Under the pieces are notes generated by a model that worked only from the letters and a program-made list of their open reading frames with translations, had not been told where the DNA came from and did not search any database. The position numbers and the translations under genes are program-made. Below are positions 10,081-20,263 of a stretch of DNA of 64,000 bases, piece by piece. The DNA is from a virus. The stretch lies in the IMG/VR virus record IMGVR_UViG_3300045988_128133. One strand, given 5' to 3'. How positions within the stretch are numbered: the first letter of the stretch is position 1; each line of letters opens with the position of its first letter.

Positions 10081-10108
10081 TTGACATTTTCGGAAGTTCT
10101 GATATGTT
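10081..10108 (+). promoter_or_regulatory. sigma70-like promoter TTGACA-16-TATGTT
   Basis: Intergenic consensus hexamers upstream of ORF 10190. Confidence 0.45.
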
Positions 10109-10189
10109 CACTTCCACCGAGAGGTTAAGAGGGCGGTTCACTCGCTAAAGAAATTCCCTCAACTCGAATACAAGAATACTAGAATACAT

Positions 10190-10951
10190 ATGGCAACCGT
10201 AAGAAATACAAGTAACCCCGACACGCAGGACGAAGCCCTTGACCTCTGCACCACTGAAAAGCAGGAGCTTGCCACTGCCGAAACCTATCAGTCCTTTGAA
10301 GGTGAAACGGACGCGTCCGACATCCAGATTCCCTACCTCAAACTCTGGCAGGCCTCCTGTGAGGAAGCCAAGCTTGAGGAACCTGTAGGTAGCCTTGGTG
10401 CCTTCCTCCTTAACGGTCTCGTTGTCGCCGAGCGCAATAATCCTTTGGAATGCATTGTGCTGAAAGCCAAAAAGTTTTTCCGGGAATACATCCCGTTCAA
10501 CGAGCGTCAGCCTGGAGTCTTCGCCAAGTCCTGGAATACCAAGGAAGAATACGAAGCCGAAGGCTACGACAAGTCCCAGGTCAACCGCGCCCTGGCCATG
10601 TGGCTCCTGATTAAGAAGCCCGAAGGTATTAAGGATGCCTCCACCACGGAGGATGACCTTGATGCTCTCTTCACGATTGACTTCATGGGTGCCCAGTGGA
10701 CCCTTGCCCGCTACACCCCGGAAGGTAATCAGTACACAGGTGTTGGGGCTCCCTTCATTCAGTTCATGATGCTGAAGGGTGCCAAGACGGGTTCTCTCGC
10801 TTACCGTGTCCAGATTGGAGCTCAGCGTGCTGTAAGCCGCGATGGTAAGAACAGCTACGCGAAAGCGTTCCTTAAGTTCAAACCCCATCCCGTTGAAGGC
10901 CAGGTGGAGGCCATTCAGGAGATGGGCCTACTCTCCGCAGTCGCCAAGTAA
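10190..10951 (+). CDS. hypothetical protein; positional candidate for a single-strand annealing/ssDNA-binding partner of the upstream nuclease
   Basis: 253-aa ORF between the Cas4-like exonuclease and the RuvC-like resolvase. No diagnostic motif; the function is inferred from synteny only. Confidence 0.45.
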   Translation: MATVRNTSNPDTQDEALDLCTTEKQELATAETYQSFEGETDASDIQIPYLKLWQASCEEAKLEEPVGSLGAFLLNGLVVAERNNPLECIVLKAKKFFREYIPFNERQPGVFAKSWNTKEEYEAEGYDKSQVNRALAMWLLIKKPEGIKDASTTEDDLDALFTIDFMGAQWTLARYTPEGNQYTGVGAPFIQFMMLKGAKTGSLAYRVQIGAQRAVSRDGKNSYAKAFLKFKPHPVEGQVEAIQEMGLLSAVAK

Positions 10952-11007
10952 GCGGCTCGCCTCATTGCCTTTGATTTTTCCATAGTTTAGTGTTTAGCAC
11001 TAGGAGT

Positions 11008-11047
11008 CCCCCTGTTGCGCTGGGAAGCGTGGCAGGGGGTTTTCTTT
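11008..11047 (+). terminator. rho-independent terminator (CCCCCTG...CAGGGGG + TTTTCTTT)
   Basis: GC-rich 7-bp stem and T-tract directly after the stop of ORF 10190..10951. Confidence 0.6.
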
Positions 11048-11051
11048 AGGC

Positions 11052-11080
11052 TTGACTATCCTCCGTTTCTTCGGTATATT
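11052..11080 (+). promoter_or_regulatory. sigma70-like promoter TTGACT-17-TATATT
   Basis: Consensus hexamers 6 nt upstream of ATG 11086. Confidence 0.55.
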
Positions 11081-11085
11081 CCCGA

Positions 11086-11601
11086 ATGCAACTGGTAGCA
11101 TGTGACCCCGGAGTCCACGGAGCCCTTGTACTCGCGGACACCCAGCAGAAAAAAATCTACGTACAAAATATGCCGGAAGATACCCATGAGTTGGAAGGGC
11201 TCCTGAATCGGCTTCCTCGCCACAAGCATCGCAAGCTCGTAATTGAGAAGATGAGCTACGCTATGAGCGGAGGCGGTAAGGTGAGCAACCCCCGAAGCTC
11301 TGGAATCCTGGGCTATGCTACTGGGCGCGTTGTCGGTTATGCCGCCGCCTGCGGATATGAGCTGACGGAAGTTCCCCCTGTCAAATGGATGCGGGCTGTT
11401 GGAGCCTACGATACGGGCCTGACTGCGCGGGATAGAACCCGCTGGAAGAACAACCTTAAACAGATAGCAATGGAGAACTTTCCGGGAGTGAAGGTAACGC
11501 TACAGAACGCGGATGCCCTGCTTATTCTCCTGTGGGCCTACCGCGAACTCAATGGCGACCACACCCTGACCCTTGACTCCTGGGATATTGTTCGACTCTG
11601 A
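11086..11601 (+). CDS. RuvC-like Holliday junction resolvase
   Basis: N-terminal VACDPG (catalytic Asp), VIEKMS (Glu) and C-terminal ADALLILLWAY (Asp-x2-Asp equivalent) align with the RuvC catalytic tetrad order. Confidence 0.7.
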   Translation: MQLVACDPGVHGALVLADTQQKKIYVQNMPEDTHELEGLLNRLPRHKHRKLVIEKMSYAMSGGGKVSNPRSSGILGYATGRVVGYAAACGYELTEVPPVKWMRAVGAYDTGLTARDRTRWKNNLKQIAMENFPGVKVTLQNADALLILLWAYRELNGDHTLTLDSWDIVRL

Positions 11602-11604
11602 ATT

Positions 11605-13440
11605 ATGGCAAGACATTTTACACGATATGGGAGGCAATGGGAATACGGAGTCTCCGAACTGGATATTGAGCTTTGGTGCTTCAAATATGACTGGCCTGTA
11701 GAGAAGGGTGGTCTGGGCCGATACGGCCATGCCCACAATGCGATTGACCTGCTCTGGAATTACGAGGGTAGTCCGACTCCTATTACCTGGACTCCCTGGC
11801 TGGAGCAAATGATAGAGACCGCATCGAAGTACAACGTCTGCATTATGGGTGGCGGTTCCTCCTGTGGGAAGTCCCTGTCCATGGCCATCATGGCCCTGCT
11901 CTTCTATCTGGCTGACCCTATTGACACTCTGTGTCTCGTCACCTCTACCACCATTGAAGGTGCGAAGAAACGTATCTTCAAGGATATTAAGAGGTTATGG
12001 CGTAAGGAGTTTCCTGGCAAACTCGTTGATGGTAAGGGCCAGATTAAAGGTATTAACGAGGAAGGAGATATTGATGACTCCCGCGGCATCTCCATTATTC
12101 CCTGTGCCAACGTTGGCGACCCCAGTTCCCGGTTCATTGGTATTAAAGCAAAGAACATGCACGTCTTCTATGACGAGCTTTCCGAATTGCCCATTGAACT
12201 GGTGGAAGTCTGGCGCACCAACCTTATCACCAACCGCGCAGACACGCCCCCCACACTGATGGCCGCTTCCAACCCCAAGAGCCGCACAGATGCTTTCGGG
12301 GTGATGGCCATGCCGAAGGATGGTTGGAACTCCGTTGATATTTTCGAAGAGTACTCCTGGGAGACTAAGGACGGGATTTACATCCGCTTCGACAACACCC
12401 AAAACCCGCGAATCAAATACAAGCGCGAAGACTGGAGCTTCTATACTCCGCTCGACATTGTTCAGCAGACTATCGAACAGTACGGGGAAAACAGCCCGTT
12501 CGTCCTCCGGTTCCACAAGGCCACCTTCTCTGACGACGCTGAAGAAGGTAGCCTTATGTCGGAAGCGGAAATTTACGGGAGTGGAGCGGACGCTATGCCT
12601 GTCTGGGGTGAAGGTGAACTTATCACCATTGCGGGCCTCGACCCTGCCTACACTAATGGAGGGGACCAGACCTGCCTAAAACTCGCGAAGGTAGGGAAGA
12701 CCGTGGAAGGTCTCTGGGCCTGTGCCGTTACTCAGACATTCCTGCTCAAATCCACCAGAGCCAAGGAGAAGATGAAACAGCGCAACTTCGACATCGCTCA
12801 GCAGGTGGGTGAAATTCTTCGTGCCAATAACGTTCAGAGCAAGCACCTTGCCGTTGACGTTACCGGGGGTACTGGGTTCATCGAGATTCTGGCCCAGCAC
12901 GTCGGTACGGATTTCCAGACGGTCAGCTTCGCGGGCCAGGCCAGCAAGGTACCGCTGGGCCTTCTCCAAAATCAGGAAGCGTGTCAGCAGTATTCCAATA
13001 AGGTCTCTGAACTGTGGGGGTGCATGAAACTCGCCATTAACGCACGACAGCTGTATGGCCTTGACCCTACGACGATTGTGGAGTTGAAGTCCCGCAACTA
13101 TACCATGAATGGCACCCGTATTTCCGTGGAGCCCAAGGTAGCAATGAAGAAGCGGATTCGCAAATCCCCTGACAACGCTGACGCTCTGGCTCTTATTGTC
13201 CACGTATGCCGCGGAATCATGGGGCCTGAGTTCGGTAAAATTCGACTTGACATCAGGAACCAGCAAGTGGTAAAACATGAAGAAGTTATCAAATACCGCA
13301 CGGACGGCACAGCCTACATCGAAGCCCAGGATATTGGGAGATACCTTGGAGGCTTTACCCCAGCTACCGAAGCGGACCGACCCAAGCGGGATAATTTCCG
13401 CGAGGAAGTGAACCAAGCCATGAATCTGTTATGGACCTGA
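11605..13440 (+). CDS. terL: terminase large subunit
   Basis: Walker A GGGSSCGKS near the N-terminus of a 611-aa ORF. It sits immediately upstream of the portal/capsid module. Confidence 0.75.
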   Translation: MARHFTRYGRQWEYGVSELDIELWCFKYDWPVEKGGLGRYGHAHNAIDLLWNYEGSPTPITWTPWLEQMIETASKYNVCIMGGGSSCGKSLSMAIMALLFYLADPIDTLCLVTSTTIEGAKKRIFKDIKRLWRKEFPGKLVDGKGQIKGINEEGDIDDSRGISIIPCANVGDPSSRFIGIKAKNMHVFYDELSELPIELVEVWRTNLITNRADTPPTLMAASNPKSRTDAFGVMAMPKDGWNSVDIFEEYSWETKDGIYIRFDNTQNPRIKYKREDWSFYTPLDIVQQTIEQYGENSPFVLRFHKATFSDDAEEGSLMSEAEIYGSGADAMPVWGEGELITIAGLDPAYTNGGDQTCLKLAKVGKTVEGLWACAVTQTFLLKSTRAKEKMKQRNFDIAQQVGEILRANNVQSKHLAVDVTGGTGFIEILAQHVGTDFQTVSFAGQASKVPLGLLQNQEACQQYSNKVSELWGCMKLAINARQLYGLDPTTIVELKSRNYTMNGTRISVEPKVAMKKRIRKSPDNADALALIVHVCRGIMGPEFGKIRLDIRNQQVVKHEEVIKYRTDGTAYIEAQDIGRYLGGFTPATEADRPKRDNFREEVNQAMNLLWT

Positions 13441-14105
13441 CAAGCGCATCTAAAAACACCACAGCCCCTGTCACTGCCGACTACGACTGGCAGAACACCT
13501 TGTACCGCAAAGCATTAAGCCTGTATAAAGCAGGGGCTCCCGTCTCTGTTATTTCTGAAATCACCGGACTTACGGAGGACAAGGTTAATAAGCTGGTGGA
13601 CCAGGTGCAACTCTCTCGTGAAGAGTTGACCATAAGGAATCAGCTTCTCAACAGCTACACCCAGAATACCCAGGCCCGCATCCTGCAACGTCAGGAAGCT
13701 CGCACCAAGATTGAGCTTGATATTGTCGAGAACATGAGTGAGCAGTATAAGGGACTGATGAACAGTGGGTTTAAGAAGGTTGCCAGCTTCATGGCCGATG
13801 CTGACATTGAATCCATTAAGGACGTTCCTCTCTTCCTCTCCATCATGGAACGAAGCCACGGCTTGTGGGAACGGTTTAACGAAGCCATCGCCAAACGGGA
13901 TATGGACCTGCTCGCTTCGGTCATTAAACAATTTGAACTTGAACAGACTGAGACGATTACCCAGATGGGATTGCAGGGTGGGCCTATAGCTCTCAACAAA
14001 GACGGCACTCGTCCAGAGATTAAAGAAAACAGTGCCAGCCGTACTATCACACTTAAACTCAAGAAGAAAGGTGATAAGCCGGAAGAAGACGTAAAAAATA
14101 GTTGA
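13431..14105 (+). CDS. hypothetical protein (HTH-like N-terminus)
   Basis: 224-aa ORF overlapping the terL stop. The helix-turn-helix-like segment is VISEITGLTEDKVNKLV. Confidence 0.45.
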   Translation: MDLTSASKNTTAPVTADYDWQNTLYRKALSLYKAGAPVSVISEITGLTEDKVNKLVDQVQLSREELTIRNQLLNSYTQNTQARILQRQEARTKIELDIVENMSEQYKGLMNSGFKKVASFMADADIESIKDVPLFLSIMERSHGLWERFNEAIAKRDMDLLASVIKQFELEQTETITQMGLQGGPIALNKDGTRPEIKENSASRTITLKLKKKGDKPEEDVKNS

Positions 14106-14130
14106 CAATTTTGAGGAAGCTCCTATAGTC
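14103..14130 (+). promoter_or_regulatory. sigma70-like promoter TTGACA-16-TATAGT
   Basis: Consensus hexamers 6 nt upstream of ATG 14137. Confidence 0.55.
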
Positions 14131-14136
14131 AGGTGC

Positions 14137-14889
14137 ATGACCCAAGACGAAAACTTACACGAACTATTACGTCGTTGGACTCCGGTCACTCTTATCAACC
14201 TGCCGGAAGAAATTAAATCACCCGATATTTATCCTGACTACATGGGGAAGGAAAAGAAACCCCACCCCGTTGGTCAGGAGGTAGGGCTCCTCACTATTGT
14301 GGGCTATTCTCACGATGTTAATAAGCCCTACGTATTTAAGTGCGCTTGCGGTAATCTGATTAAGGCCTCTTATTCTGGTGCCAGTAAGGTACCTCATTGC
14401 GGATGTTTTAGCCAGATTACGCGCACAGCTTATCTCATCCGACTGCGAATTGAGGCCTTGCGCTCCTGGTGCCAGCAAATGAATGCATGGCTGGACGACC
14501 TCAATGCCCTTCGGAATCATGCTAATAAATATAAGGTAAAGTACAGTCAGCATAAGCAATCCATATCCCCCGTCCTACAGAGGATAGAGTATGCGGATGA
14601 CCCCCTGACCTTTGACCGGAAAGTCAGCCCGGAGAAGATTACCGACTATGATGTATTCATGAAGCTGATAGCTCCCTCTCCCGAATATGAAAAATTCCTC
14701 CGGGATATGGTGGACAAACTGGCAAACGTATATGAACCCTGGTCTGCAATACCTATGGCAAGTCTTAGTGCCTATGCCAGTTATAAGCGCGAATTGCCAG
14801 AATTCGATTCTGCCACCTTCATCAATTTTGTAAATTATCTGATTGACATTAAGAACAAACCATGTAAATGTACGTCAGACGATGAGTAA
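14137..14889 (+). CDS. hypothetical Cys-containing protein
   Basis: 250-aa ORF with CACGN...HCGC. Confidence 0.5.
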   Translation: MTQDENLHELLRRWTPVTLINLPEEIKSPDIYPDYMGKEKKPHPVGQEVGLLTIVGYSHDVNKPYVFKCACGNLIKASYSGASKVPHCGCFSQITRTAYLIRLRIEALRSWCQQMNAWLDDLNALRNHANKYKVKYSQHKQSISPVLQRIEYADDPLTFDRKVSPEKITDYDVFMKLIAPSPEYEKFLRDMVDKLANVYEPWSAIPMASLSAYASYKRELPEFDSATFINFVNYLIDIKNKPCKCTSDDE

Positions 14890-15424
14890 ACCAAAGAAAG
14901 GGTCAGGTCCCCTGCGGTCAGAAAACTCGAAACTCTTCACCTCTGTGATGAGGGATAAGGAGATATGGGGCAAGTCCTGGAAATATCGACAGTATTATAC
15001 CTCCTGGATTTCCTCTAGCTCCCTGTCGAAAGCCAATGTTACTGCTACTACTCTAGTCCCCAAGGCCACTGAAGTGGACAATCCTAGAAAGGATGTCCGT
15101 AATGTTCAGCATCTTATGTGCCCCAAGGATATTACGCTTAAAGACGTGCGCCATGTGTATTTTAGACGAAACATGTTTCAGAACTACATGGGTGTGGCAA
15201 AACCTTTAGGAGGGCTGGAGGACCGTAAGTACCCTTACTTCAACTTTCTAATGTACGAGCCCATCGTGGAGGCTCAATTCTATTTTCGCTGGTATGCGTT
15301 TAGCGCATTGATGACTCACAGGGCTTTCAGCATCCTGCCACCGCAGGCGGCCCTGTCACTGACGGATGCCGCAGTAGAGGCTTCGTTAGTACCTTCAGAA
15401 ACTAAACTACACACTGTATTATAA
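14843..15424 (+). CDS. hypothetical protein
   Basis: 193-aa ORF overlapping the previous stop. No motif. Confidence 0.4.
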   Translation: MTLRTNHVNVRQTMSKPKKGSGPLRSENSKLFTSVMRDKEIWGKSWKYRQYYTSWISSSSLSKANVTATTLVPKATEVDNPRKDVRNVQHLMCPKDITLKDVRHVYFRRNMFQNYMGVAKPLGGLEDRKYPYFNFLMYEPIVEAQFYFRWYAFSALMTHRAFSILPPQAALSLTDAAVEASLVPSETKLHTVL

Positions 15425-15430
15425 CCAAAT

Positions 15431-16339
15431 ATGGCAACCATAGTAATCCCGTGTGAGCCCCGCGTACTCGTTAATGGTACGCGGATTGCTCAAAACCTGC
15501 TCGACAGCGTAGCGGTGTCCAGCCGCACTGACCATGAAATCTGGCTTATGCTCCCGTACCGGGCGAGAGCGGCGGCTGAACCCATGCTCAACCTGTTACG
15601 TAATCAGTTCAAGGACCTTCGAACTATCGAACTCCTTACCCCCGTCACTGATAATTACAAGCTGGTGACTCACATGTTCGCCCGTCTTCATCAGGCCCTT
15701 GCTTACGAGAACGACCTGAACGAGCGTCCCATTATCTGGGTATCTGAACGAGGCAATGAAACGTTCCTTCCAGGAGCCATTGATGCCCTGGATGCCGCGT
15801 TCTTCCGCAAGAAATGTGATACCGTTGCTGGTAAGTACTTCACTATCCCGGCCACGGAATCTTCTAAGGAATCTCACACGCTTGACGGCACGTTCGTCAT
15901 GTCCAGCCAACTGGCTAAGATTTACCCCCACCGGGTACCTTATGTCACAGTGTCTCCCCACTTCCGACTCTTCCTTGACAGCGTTCTGACTGAAAAGTGC
16001 TACAACGTGGACAACTGGGATGAGCTTATTGAAACCGGAGATATCCCCGACACCACCGGGTTTGAACTGCCCCAGGAACTGGGACAAAGCCCAGTAACCA
16101 CTCTGGCCGAAGTCTCTATTGCCAAGTTTAGCGAAGAGACTGTTAAAATCATGGGACAGAGTGAACAGAAGGGAGGACCGACGAAAGCTCGTGAAGACCT
16201 CTCTGAGGCCGAAGGCTTAAAGCCCACTGCCCGTGTCGTAGCTCCTAGAGCTGTCAAGCCTAAAACCAAGAAGGCCATCAAGGAGGATGCCGCAACCGCA
16301 TCCGTAGATGAAGAAGATTCCGAACCTGAATTCATTTAA
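15431..16339 (+). CDS. hypothetical protein (possible head-morphogenesis protein by position)
   Basis: 302-aa ORF between terminase and portal. Confidence 0.45.
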   Translation: MATIVIPCEPRVLVNGTRIAQNLLDSVAVSSRTDHEIWLMLPYRARAAAEPMLNLLRNQFKDLRTIELLTPVTDNYKLVTHMFARLHQALAYENDLNERPIIWVSERGNETFLPGAIDALDAAFFRKKCDTVAGKYFTIPATESSKESHTLDGTFVMSSQLAKIYPHRVPYVTVSPHFRLFLDSVLTEKCYNVDNWDELIETGDIPDTTGFELPQELGQSPVTTLAEVSIAKFSEETVKIMGQSEQKGGPTKAREDLSEAEGLKPTARVVAPRAVKPKTKKAIKEDAATASVDEEDSEPEFI

Positions 16340-16344
16340 CCTCT

Positions 16345-18624
16345 ATGTCTAAGCCCGATTCCATAGCCCCCGTAGGGCCCGGAGTCATTGGCGTGGTTGA
16401 CGAGAAGGGGAACCTGCTGAAACAGCGGGTCCCCACCGCCGACCAGGCAAGAGCCCTTCTGTACTTCTGTCTCACCGCTGACCAGCTCTCTATGCAGGCA
16501 CGGACGGAAGCGCAGGCTGAACTCGACGGCCAACGCCCTTATGACCCCATGGCTCTCTCCGCTGTTGGTCAGAACTACCGGACCAACTACAACTTCCGCA
16601 CCATGCGTATCATTCGCGAAAAGGTTGCGGCAAGTCTGCGTGAAGTTTGGGATAACCCCGAATTCATTTCCGTCCAGACCCGTTTTGGCGATGATGCCCG
16701 CAGACCCATCTACTCTGACATTCTTTCCTCAGAGATTACCCAGATGGTTAAGTCTATGCCGGGATTCACCTCCATCATTACGGACCTCTTGCACTACTTC
16801 TCTTTCCACGGCTTTGGCCTTGCCTACTTCGAGGACCCGGATTCCTGGTTCTTTAAGGCAGGCAGTCTGAATGAGTTTGCGTTTGAGCGCAAGGTTAAGC
16901 CGGACAGCAAGACGTTGGAAGTAGTATTCGCAACGCGCACCCTGCGTGCCCATGAGCTTTACGATTATGTTCGTGACCCGCAGACGGCACGCGAAGCGGG
17001 CTGGGATGTGGAAGAAGTCATGAAGGTTCTCCGCACAGCCAGCTACAACCAAACCGTTCAGCCTCAGCGCGTCTCCTGGGAAACTGAGAAGATGCTCAAG
17101 AACGGAGACTACACTCTGACCGATATTATCGGTACCAGCATTCCGATTTCCCACATGTGGGTTCGTGAATTCGATGGCACCGTAACCCATTCCATTTTCT
17201 TCGTGAACGGCAATGGTGGCAATAGTCAGGATGTGAAGAGCGACAAGGAAGGAAACGTTGATGATACCAAATTCCTTTACACGAAGTATGGAGCCTATGA
17301 CTCCATGGAACAGGCGTTCGTCCTCTTCCCTCTGGGCAGTAGCACCAATGGAGACATCCATGCTCTGCGCGGATATGGCAATGACCTTCTTCCGCATACT
17401 CGTGTTATCGACAAGCTCATGAACCAGGCAACGGATGCCGCGTTCCTGGGTATGGCGTTGAACGTGATGGCCACCAACGAGTCCTCCCGTCTCTCTGCCA
17501 TGGTTAATCCCATGGGTGCCTACACCATTCTGGACCCCTCTGTTCAGATTCAGAGCAATGCGACTCCTAACCTTCAGCAGGTTGCGGGTATGCCACTTAC
17601 CTTATTGCAAAGCCAAATCCGTGAACGTCTTGGTGAAATCGACGTAAACGCGGATGGTGGTATGGGCCGCACTCAGCTGGAAGCGGAAATCCGCATGGGT
17701 AATGCAAGCAAGGTCAGCAACAACATTATGGATATGTTGCTGGAACACCTGTCCATCCTCCTGCGTGAAATCGTCCGTCGCGTCATCCGCAAGGACTACG
17801 ATGAAGGAATTGCAGGAGCCGAGGAACGCAAGCGCATGATAGCCCGACTGACCGAAGCCGGAGTACCTGTGGAAGCCTTGTATGAAATCGACCTCGACAG
17901 CGTTACGGCTCTTCCTCCCATTGGTGCAGGTAGTAAGGTAAGAAGGACTCTGGCCCTTCGGCAGTGCCTCAACTACATGCAGTTCATGCCCAGGGCAGGT
18001 CAGGAACGTCTGGTTCGCATGGCTATCGCTAACGAAACGAACGGGCGCACTGCTCGCCTTCTCATGCCCTTGAAGGATGACCCGAACCCGTCCGAAACAA
18101 TCGCCGCTTCTATTGCATCTATGCAGAACAACCAGCTTCTGGCAGGACAGGAAGTTCCGGTAATGCCGAACGAGGACCACAGGACGCACGCCGAAGTGCA
18201 TGCCAATTACATCCTGTCCCTCGTCCCGGATGCCCAGCTTTCCCCTGAAGAAATGGCTCAACTTGCTCAGCCTCTCCAGCTTCTGGTCAGCCAACTGGCG
18301 GGTCATATGGACTATTTGCAGGCCAGTAAGGAAGTCGTCCCCGAATTCGAACAATACGAAAAACTGGTGAAGCGGTGCAACGAAGTCATCACTAACGGCA
18401 TGCGAGCCCTGGAAGCTATGCAGGCTCAACAGCAGGCTGAGGGTGCTGAAGGTGAAGGTCCTACGCCGGAACAAATGAAAGCGCAGGCTGACATTGAGTT
18501 GAAGCGCATGAAGACCGAAGCCGAAATCAAACTTGCCGAAGAAAAGCAACAGGCAGAGATAGCGGCTAAGACTGTAGAAGCCAACGCCAAGGCCGCGGCA
18601 AACCTGGGAGGTACCAATGTCTAA
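16345..18624 (+). CDS. portal protein
   Basis: 759-aa ORF downstream of terL and upstream of scaffold/MCP. The size and synteny are typical of a portal; the call rests on gene order. Confidence 0.6.
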   Translation: MSKPDSIAPVGPGVIGVVDEKGNLLKQRVPTADQARALLYFCLTADQLSMQARTEAQAELDGQRPYDPMALSAVGQNYRTNYNFRTMRIIREKVAASLREVWDNPEFISVQTRFGDDARRPIYSDILSSEITQMVKSMPGFTSIITDLLHYFSFHGFGLAYFEDPDSWFFKAGSLNEFAFERKVKPDSKTLEVVFATRTLRAHELYDYVRDPQTAREAGWDVEEVMKVLRTASYNQTVQPQRVSWETEKMLKNGDYTLTDIIGTSIPISHMWVREFDGTVTHSIFFVNGNGGNSQDVKSDKEGNVDDTKFLYTKYGAYDSMEQAFVLFPLGSSTNGDIHALRGYGNDLLPHTRVIDKLMNQATDAAFLGMALNVMATNESSRLSAMVNPMGAYTILDPSVQIQSNATPNLQQVAGMPLTLLQSQIRERLGEIDVNADGGMGRTQLEAEIRMGNASKVSNNIMDMLLEHLSILLREIVRRVIRKDYDEGIAGAEERKRMIARLTEAGVPVEALYEIDLDSVTALPPIGAGSKVRRTLALRQCLNYMQFMPRAGQERLVRMAIANETNGRTARLLMPLKDDPNPSETIAASIASMQNNQLLAGQEVPVMPNEDHRTHAEVHANYILSLVPDAQLSPEEMAQLAQPLQLLVSQLAGHMDYLQASKEVVPEFEQYEKLVKRCNEVITNGMRALEAMQAQQQAEGAEGEGPTPEQMKAQADIELKRMKTEAEIKLAEEKQQAEIAAKTVEANAKAAANLGGTNV

Positions 18625-18937
18625 AATCTGGCCCATCTATTCCGAAGAAGCCTTCAGGTCGAACGTTAAAACACAAGGCACTCTGTTCGACCTCTTAAAC
18701 GACCCGGTGATGCAGGAAGCCCTTCTCATCATCCAATCTAAATTAAACGTCTCGCTTCCATCAACCATGGAAGCGGCGGCACTCGCCGGAGCTTATGCGG
18801 CTGGAGCTAAAGCGGTCATTGCCGGACTGCACACTCTCGCCCAACCCATGGAATCCATGGAAGCCCCGGTATCTGCGGTTCCTCACGAAACCCTTGAACG
18901 AAACGCTTGGATTAACTCACTCAAACCTAATCTCTAA
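18617..18937 (+). CDS. hypothetical protein
   Basis: 106-aa ORF coupled to the portal stop. Confidence 0.45.
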   Translation: MSKIWPIYSEEAFRSNVKTQGTLFDLLNDPVMQEALLIIQSKLNVSLPSTMEAAALAGAYAAGAKAVIAGLHTLAQPMESMEAPVSAVPHETLERNAWINSLKPNL

Positions 18938-18946
18938 TACACATTT

Positions 18947-20137
18947 ATGTCAGACAATCAAATTCCCGCTACTGCGGAGGCCCCCGTATCTAGAGCAATC
19001 GACACCGCCATTCATGGCCTTTTTGAACAAGTATTTAATGACTCCCCGGCACCCACGGAATCCGTGGCTCCCGTGGGTACAGTTGTTACCTCTGACCAGC
19101 CACGCATAGCGGAGGCCGAGGTAGAACAGAAAGTCCCCATTGAATTGTCCAACCCCAATGGCAATCCCGTAGAACCGGAACCAGAAGAAGGGGACGATGA
19201 GAAGGACACGGAAGAAGGGGACGATGAGAAGGACACGGAAGAGGGGGACGATGAGAAGGACACGGAAGAAGCTCAGCCCAAGGAAAAGCGGGCAAGCAAG
19301 GCCGCAAGCAAGGCGTTTGCTGAAATGCGAGTCCAGCTGAAAGAGGCCAAGAAGGAGATTCAGGAACTGAAACAGCAACTGGATGCGGCTAAGACGGCAA
19401 CCCCGAATAACGAAGAACTGGAAGCCCTTCGCGAAATTGTCAAGGGATATGCCTTCACTGCGACAGAGGAATACAAGACCCAAGTCACCAACCCCTACAA
19501 CAAAGCTAATGCCAGGATTGCCGACATTGCTCGCGAGGCTGGGGTATCTGTCGATATGAACAAGCTGAACGAAGTTGCCCTCAACCCTGAGCTGGATGCC
19601 TTCGACAGAGAGGAAGCCTATGAAACAATCGGAACGGACGCTGGATTGAGTGGAGCTTCCCTCTCCCGTTTTGTTCGGATGGCCAAAGTCCGTGACGCGG
19701 CTATCGAAGCTCACGGGAATTTCCAGGCTGACGCTGACAAGTATGTTGAAGAGCTGAAGGCGAGCAGGGGTAAATCGGGAGATGGCGGCAAGTATGAAGT
19801 CAACCTTGACAATTATACGCTGGAAGCCATGAAGGACCGGGCTAAGGAGCTGGGGATTACCACCGAAATTACGGAAGAGAATCTTAAACATGCCCGCCAT
19901 TTGGCTCACAAAATAAATAACAGTTCCTTCATGGATGGAGCCCTTGCGGAAATCATGCAGAAGGAACTGCTGGAAGCTCGCGGGCAGATTGAAGCTCTGG
20001 AAGCCAAGGTGAAGAAGCTTCGTGGTGTCCGACCCTCCCCAGGGAAGGGCAGTCCAGAAGCTCCAGAAACGCCGAAAGCCGCTAAGCCTATGAGCGTAAG
20101 CGACGCTATCCACAGTGCGTTTGACCTGCTTCATTAA
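18947..20137 (+). CDS. scaffolding protein (acidic repeats + coiled coil)
   Basis: EEGDDEKDTE x3, then a long predicted coiled coil, immediately upstream of the MCP. Confidence 0.55.
   Translation: MSDNQIPATAEAPVSRAIDTAIHGLFEQVFNDSPAPTESVAPVGTVVTSDQPRIAEAEVEQKVPIELSNPNGNPVEPEPEEGDDEKDTEEGDDEKDTEEGDDEKDTEEAQPKEKRASKAASKAFAEMRVQLKEAKKEIQELKQQLDAAKTATPNNEELEALREIVKGYAFTATEEYKTQVTNPYNKANARIADIAREAGVSVDMNKLNEVALNPELDAFDREEAYETIGTDAGLSGASLSRFVRMAKVRDAAIEAHGNFQADADKYVEELKASRGKSGDGGKYEVNLDNYTLEAMKDRAKELGITTEITEENLKHARHLAHKINNSSFMDGALAEIMQKELLEARGQIEALEAKVKKLRGVRPSPGKGSPEAPETPKAAKPMSVSDAIHSAFDLLH
19184..19264 (+). repeat. 27-nt tandem repeat x3 (GAAGAAGGGGACGATGAGAAGGACACG) inside scaffold gene
   Basis: Three tandem near-identical units encoding EEGDDEKDT. 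Confidence 0.9.
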
Positions 20138-20155
20138 GAATTATTAAATATTTCC

Positions 20156-20178
20156 TTGACATTCAGTCGGGAATACTC
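20156..20178 (+). promoter_or_regulatory. possible promoter TTGACA with weak -10
   Basis: TTGACA at 20156-20161 in the 210-nt leader upstream of the MCP. The -10 is poor. Confidence 0.3.
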
Positions 20179-20185
20179 CAAAAAG

Positions 20186-20263
20186 GGTGCATCCAAAGCG
20201 GTGCATCCTTTTTGCTTTCCCGCGAGCAAACCAAATTCCTATATATTGCAGGTGCATAAATCC
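20186..20263 (+). promoter_or_regulatory. three direct repeats GGTGCAT(C/A) upstream of MCP gene
   Basis: GGTGCATCC at 20186-20194 and 20200-20208, and GGTGCATAAATCC at 20251-20263. This is a candidate activator/late-regulator site. Confidence 0.35.

Noticed and set aside
14560-14600. YADD tetrapeptide (IEYADDPLTF) in ORF 14137..14889, reminiscent of the reverse-transcriptase YxDD box. Considered as a possible DGR or retron RT.
   Set aside because: It is an isolated tetrapeptide in a 250-aa protein with no other RT motifs (no motifs 1-4, no thumb). No template/variable repeat pair or C-type-lectin target was seen nearby.
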